This document shows, in pieces, positions 61,084-64,000 of a DNA stretch of 64,000 nt. Positions within the stretch are counted from its first letter, which is position 1. The number at the start of each line of letters is the position of its first letter. Position numbers and translations under genes: made by a program. The stretch is taken from the NCBI GenBank assembly GCA_011772475.1, contig WVZK01000044.1, forward strand, positions 14,727-78,726. The letters are read 5' to 3'. Source of the stretch: Candidatus Aminicenantes bacterium. Lineage in GTDB: Bacteria; Acidobacteriota; Aminicenantia; Aminicenantales; Aminicenantaceae. Under the pieces are notes generated by a model. That model had not been told where the DNA came from and made no database searches. It was given only the letters and a program-made list of their open reading frames with translations.

Positions 61084-61935
61084 ATGGATGTTAAAAAGCC
61101 TTTTGTGGTGGGCGCAGGAATCATGGGCTCTGGTGTCGGGCAACTCTGTGCTCAGCAAGGTTATGAAGTCACTGTGGTCGATATTGCAGATGAGCTCGTC
61201 GAAAAAGCTAAAAATAAAATCACTGCCGGATTGACAAGACGGATTGAAAAAGGAAAAATCACTCAGGAGGATATGGACTCTATCCTTTCGCGGATGAACT
61301 GGTCGACAGACCTGAACCTCGCCAGCGATTGTGATTTCGTCGTCGAAGCTATTTCTGAGAACATCGAAGCAAAAAAAGAAGTCTTCAGTAAACTGGATTC
61401 TATCTGTTCGCCCCAGACAATCCTGGCCACCAACACCACCGCCCTCTCGGTGAGCGAGATCGCTTCAGCCACTTCCCGTCCCGATAAAGTCATTGGCATG
61501 CATTTTTTCAATCCAGCGGTCATCATGAAACTGGTGGAGATCATCCGGGGCGAGCAAACCTCGGAAGAAACCATTGCCACCACCAAAAAGTTTGCAGAAG
61601 ACCTGGGTAAAATTCCTGTGGCCACGACTAAAGAAGCGCCCGCCGGTATCGTCAGCAGGGTCTTAGCAGGGCTCCTGAACGAAGCAGCCGTTGTTTACGC
61701 TGACGGTGTGGCTTCTCCAGAAGATATTGACGAAGCTATGAAGCTCGGTGCCGGCCTTCCAATGGGTCCGCTAGCACTCATTGATATGATTGGATTGGAT
61801 ATCCATCTGGCAAAAATGGAAACTCTGTACGAAAAGCTGAAAGATGAGCGATACAAGCCGCCAGAGATCATCAAGAAGATGGTGGCCGAGGGGAAATTAG
61901 GGAAAAAATCAGGTGAAGGATTCTATAAATATTAA
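61084..61935 (+). CDS. hbd: 3-hydroxybutyryl-CoA (3-hydroxyacyl-CoA) dehydrogenase
   Basis: 283 aa. VVGAGIMGSGVGQLCAQ Rossmann motif, HFFNPA, and the GKKSGEGFYKY C-terminus. Confidence 0.92.
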   Translation: MDVKKPFVVGAGIMGSGVGQLCAQQGYEVTVVDIADELVEKAKNKITAGLTRRIEKGKITQEDMDSILSRMNWSTDLNLASDCDFVVEAISENIEAKKEVFSKLDSICSPQTILATNTTALSVSEIASATSRPDKVIGMHFFNPAVIMKLVEIIRGEQTSEETIATTKKFAEDLGKIPVATTKEAPAGIVSRVLAGLLNEAAVVYADGVASPEDIDEAMKLGAGLPMGPLALIDMIGLDIHLAKMETLYEKLKDERYKPPEIIKKMVAEGKLGKKSGEGFYKY

Positions 61936-62045
61936 ATAGAATCCCCGAATCAGGTATTCAATAAACCAAGAGGGCTGGGATTGCTAGGCTGGCTAATCCA
62001 GCCAGACCAGTGAGTCTAGCTGATATCTCTTGAAAGGAGCGGGCC

Positions 62046-63200
62046 ATGGATTTTGATTTAACCGAAGAACAAAGGATGATCCAGGAAACGATCAGTAAAT
62101 TCGCGAAGGAAGAGATAGCTCCCGTGGCGAGTGAAAACGACAAGAAAGCTCATTTCCCCCGCGATATTTTTAAAAAATTGGCAGGTTTGGGCTTTATGGG
62201 CACACCCATTCCCCATGAATATGGCGGAGCAGGATTTGATTACATTAGCCATGCTATAGTGGCTGAGGAAATAGGCAGAGTAGATTCATCCATGCGAGGC
62301 ACCTATTCTGTTCAGGTTTCCCTGGTTGAGCTTCCCCTTCTTAAGTTCGGTAATGAGGAGCAAAAGAGAAAATATCTTCCCAAGCTCACTAGTGGAGAGT
62401 GGATCGGCTGTTTTGGCCTGACAGAACCGAATGCAGGCAGTGACCCGGCCAGCATGATCTCATCAGCAGAGGAAGATGGAGATCATTACGTGCTCAACGG
62501 CCAAAAGACATGGATCACCAACGCCGGAATCGCTGATCTGGCCATAGTCTATGCCAAGACTGACAAAGATGCAGGCCCCAAAGGGATCACAGCTTTTCTG
62601 GTGGAAAAAGGCACCGAGGGCTTTTCCACCAAAGACCTCCACGACAAGCTAGGTCTTCGTGCCTCGAATACTGGGGAGATCTACCTTGAGAACTGCCGTG
62701 TTCCCAATGAAAATATCTTGGGCGAGCTAAATAAAGGCTTTAAGGTGGCCATGGGGACTCTAGATTTTGGCCGTTTCACTGTGGCCGCAGGCTGTGTAGG
62801 AGCAGCTCAGGGATGCATCGACATCTGTAAAGAATACGCCAAGCAGAGAATCCAATTCGGGAAGCCCATTGCCAGCTTCCAGCTTGTCCAGCAGATGATC
62901 GCTGACATGGTCGTCGAGTGTGAAGCTGGACGCCTTCTTGTCTACCGGGCAGGGCATCTGAAAAACAAAGGTGAGCCCAATACCAGGGAAACCTCTATCG
63001 CCAAATATTACTGTAGCGAAATGGTGAACCGAGTGGCCTACAAGGCTATCCAGATTCATGGGGGATATGGCTTCTCTGGCGAATACGACGTGGAGCGCTT
63101 TTACCGGGATGCCAGAATCAACACACTGTATGAGGGAACTTCCCAGATCCAGCAGCTCATCATCGGTGCCATCGAGCTGGAGATCAGAGCTTTCACTTAA
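62046..63200 (+). CDS. acyl-CoA dehydrogenase (short/butyryl-chain type)
   Basis: 384 aa. GCFGLTEPNAGSD, QKTWITNAG, IHGGYGFSGEYDVERFYRDARINTLYEGTSQIQ motifs. Confidence 0.92.
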   Translation: MDFDLTEEQRMIQETISKFAKEEIAPVASENDKKAHFPRDIFKKLAGLGFMGTPIPHEYGGAGFDYISHAIVAEEIGRVDSSMRGTYSVQVSLVELPLLKFGNEEQKRKYLPKLTSGEWIGCFGLTEPNAGSDPASMISSAEEDGDHYVLNGQKTWITNAGIADLAIVYAKTDKDAGPKGITAFLVEKGTEGFSTKDLHDKLGLRASNTGEIYLENCRVPNENILGELNKGFKVAMGTLDFGRFTVAAGCVGAAQGCIDICKEYAKQRIQFGKPIASFQLVQQMIADMVVECEAGRLLVYRAGHLKNKGEPNTRETSIAKYYCSEMVNRVAYKAIQIHGGYGFSGEYDVERFYRDARINTLYEGTSQIQQLIIGAIELEIRAFT

Positions 63201-63209
63201 AGTTCATAA

Positions 63210-63362
63210 GTCATTACGAGGAGCGAATCAGATTGCCATTGAGGGGCGTGTAGCGCCGAAGTTATCTCATAAAATAAATATGTCATGGCGACGAACGAAT
63301 GAATGTCATTGCGGGCAATAAATTTAAATTGTCATTGCGAGCAAAGCGAAACAATCTCATAA
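63210..63362 (+). repeat. cluster of four degenerate GTCATTGCGAG-type short repeats
   Basis: The copies are GTCATTACGAGGAGCGAA (63210), GTCATGGCGACGAACGAA (63282), GTCATTGCGGGCAATAAA (63305) and GTCATTGCGAGCAAAGCGAAACAATCTCATAA (63331). The ATCTCATAA tail is also present at 63264-63272. Confidence 0.7.
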
Positions 63363-63381
63363 GATGAAAAGGAGTGTAATC

Positions 63382-64000
63382 ATGTTTAAGACACTCATTT
63401 ATGAAAAAAAAGAAAATATCGGTCTCCTGACCATCAATCGGCCTGAAAAAATGAATGCCATTTCCAATGAATTGACTACCGAGTTAAAGAAGTTTCTTGA
63501 TAAAGTCGAAAAGGATAAAGACCTCAGAGTGCTGGTGATCACTGGCGCTGGGAATAAAGCCTTTGTCGCTGGTGCAGATATCAAAGAGCTTATTGACCGT
63601 GATGCCAGCCAGGGAAGAGAGGTCACTCAGGAAAGGCAAGAAGCTTTCTCCCGCCTTGAGAACCTTCAAGTTCCGGTCATCGCCGCGGTTAACGGTTATG
63701 CCTTGGGAGGGGGCCTGGAATTAGCTTTAGCCTGTTCTGTCCGAATCGCGTCTGATAATGCTCAGTTTGGAGCTCCAGAAGTCAAGCTGGGAATCATTCC
63801 TGGAGATGGAGGAACCCAGAGGCTTCCCCGCTTAGTCGGTTTAGGCCGGGCTATGGAAATGATACTCACCGGAGATTTCATCGATGCCCAGGAAGCCTTT
63901 CGCATTGGCCTGGTGAACAAGGTCATTCCCCAGAAGAAATTGATGGAGGAGGCCATGGCCCTCGCTCAAAAAATCGCTGCAAGACCGCCCCTAGCCGTGA
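63382..64000 (+). CDS. enoyl-CoA hydratase (crotonase family), 3' end outside the window
   Basis: ATG 63382 follows AAAGGAG. Translated by eye: MFKTLIYEKKENIGLLTINRPEKMNAI...VITGAGNKAFVAGADIKE...AAVNGYALGGGLELALAC...FGAPEVKLGIIPGDGGTQRLPRLVG. It is absent from the ORF track because no stop is reached. Confidence 0.9.
   Translation, partial: MFKTLIYEKKENIGLLTINRPEKMNAISNELTTELKKFLDKVEKDKDLRVLVITGAGNKAFVAGADIKELIDRDASQGREVTQERQEAFSRLENLQVPVIAAVNGYALGGGLELALACSVRIASDNAQFGAPEVKLGIIPGDGGTQRLPRLVGLGRAMEMILTGDFIDAQEAFRIGLVNKVIPQKKLMEEAMALAQKIAARPPLAV

Noticed and set aside
1-64000. Genome-wide reassignment of TAG (because of the three in-frame ambers)
   Set aside because: Many well-supported genes here end in TAG and are followed immediately by an RBS and the next start (10508, 13016, 16709, 18672, 20456, 21689, 9204). 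TAG is therefore a normal stop in this organism.

Overview
The window has a mixed AT-leaning composition (spot counts about 38-53% GC). I found no rRNA, tRNA or CRISPR array. Housekeeping genes flank both ends. The left end carries a CusA-type pump fragment, carAB, a periplasmic Cu-binding protein, a cysteine-synthase-family enzyme, mnmA and an MTH1187-family protein. The right end carries an Rrf2 regulator, ketopantoate reductase and a thiolase / 3-hydroxyacyl-CoA dehydrogenase / acyl-CoA dehydrogenase / crotonase set. The central ~43 kb (9.9-52.3 kb) is an unusually dense anaerobic electron-transfer island, with roughly 96 canonical CXXCH heme-c motifs spread over 16 ORFs. It contains six modules. 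(1) A tightly spaced 9-gene, 11.7-kb operon joins an ACIII/Qrc-like module (pentaheme c, molybdopterin-type subunit, FeS subunit, NrfD-type subunit, five-domain cytochrome c) to a GltD-like NAD(P)H/FAD/FeS protein and a Rieske/cytochrome b/pentaheme c complex. (2) A second, translationally coupled Rieske/cytochrome b operon is flanked by a 17-heme and a 9-heme cytochrome. (3) There is an octaheme c + NrfC + NrfD module. (4) A CbcL-like 13-heme c / b-type membrane fusion sits divergent from a periplasmic tetraheme. (5) An HAO-family octaheme cytochrome is followed by its own CcsB/CcsA maturation genes. (6) A CheY-like / MtrA-like decaheme / MtrB-like porin operon lies downstream of a heme-c sensor kinase and an NtrC-type sigma-54 activator. 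Three near-consensus sigma-54 promoters and a shared GGGTGAT-N2-NCACCC palindrome link the tetraheme, CbcL-like and MtrAB-like units. I read this as one candidate extracellular-electron-transfer regulon. Other oddities are two outer-membrane barrels carrying heme-c motifs, three in-frame amber codons (two of them breaking a PNPOx-like domain fused in frame to MenA), a tandem-duplicated geranylgeranyl-reductase-like protein, a MITE-like element and GTCATTGCGAG-type intergenic repeats. Taxon cannot be assigned from this window. All functional calls come from motif recognition by eye, not database searches.
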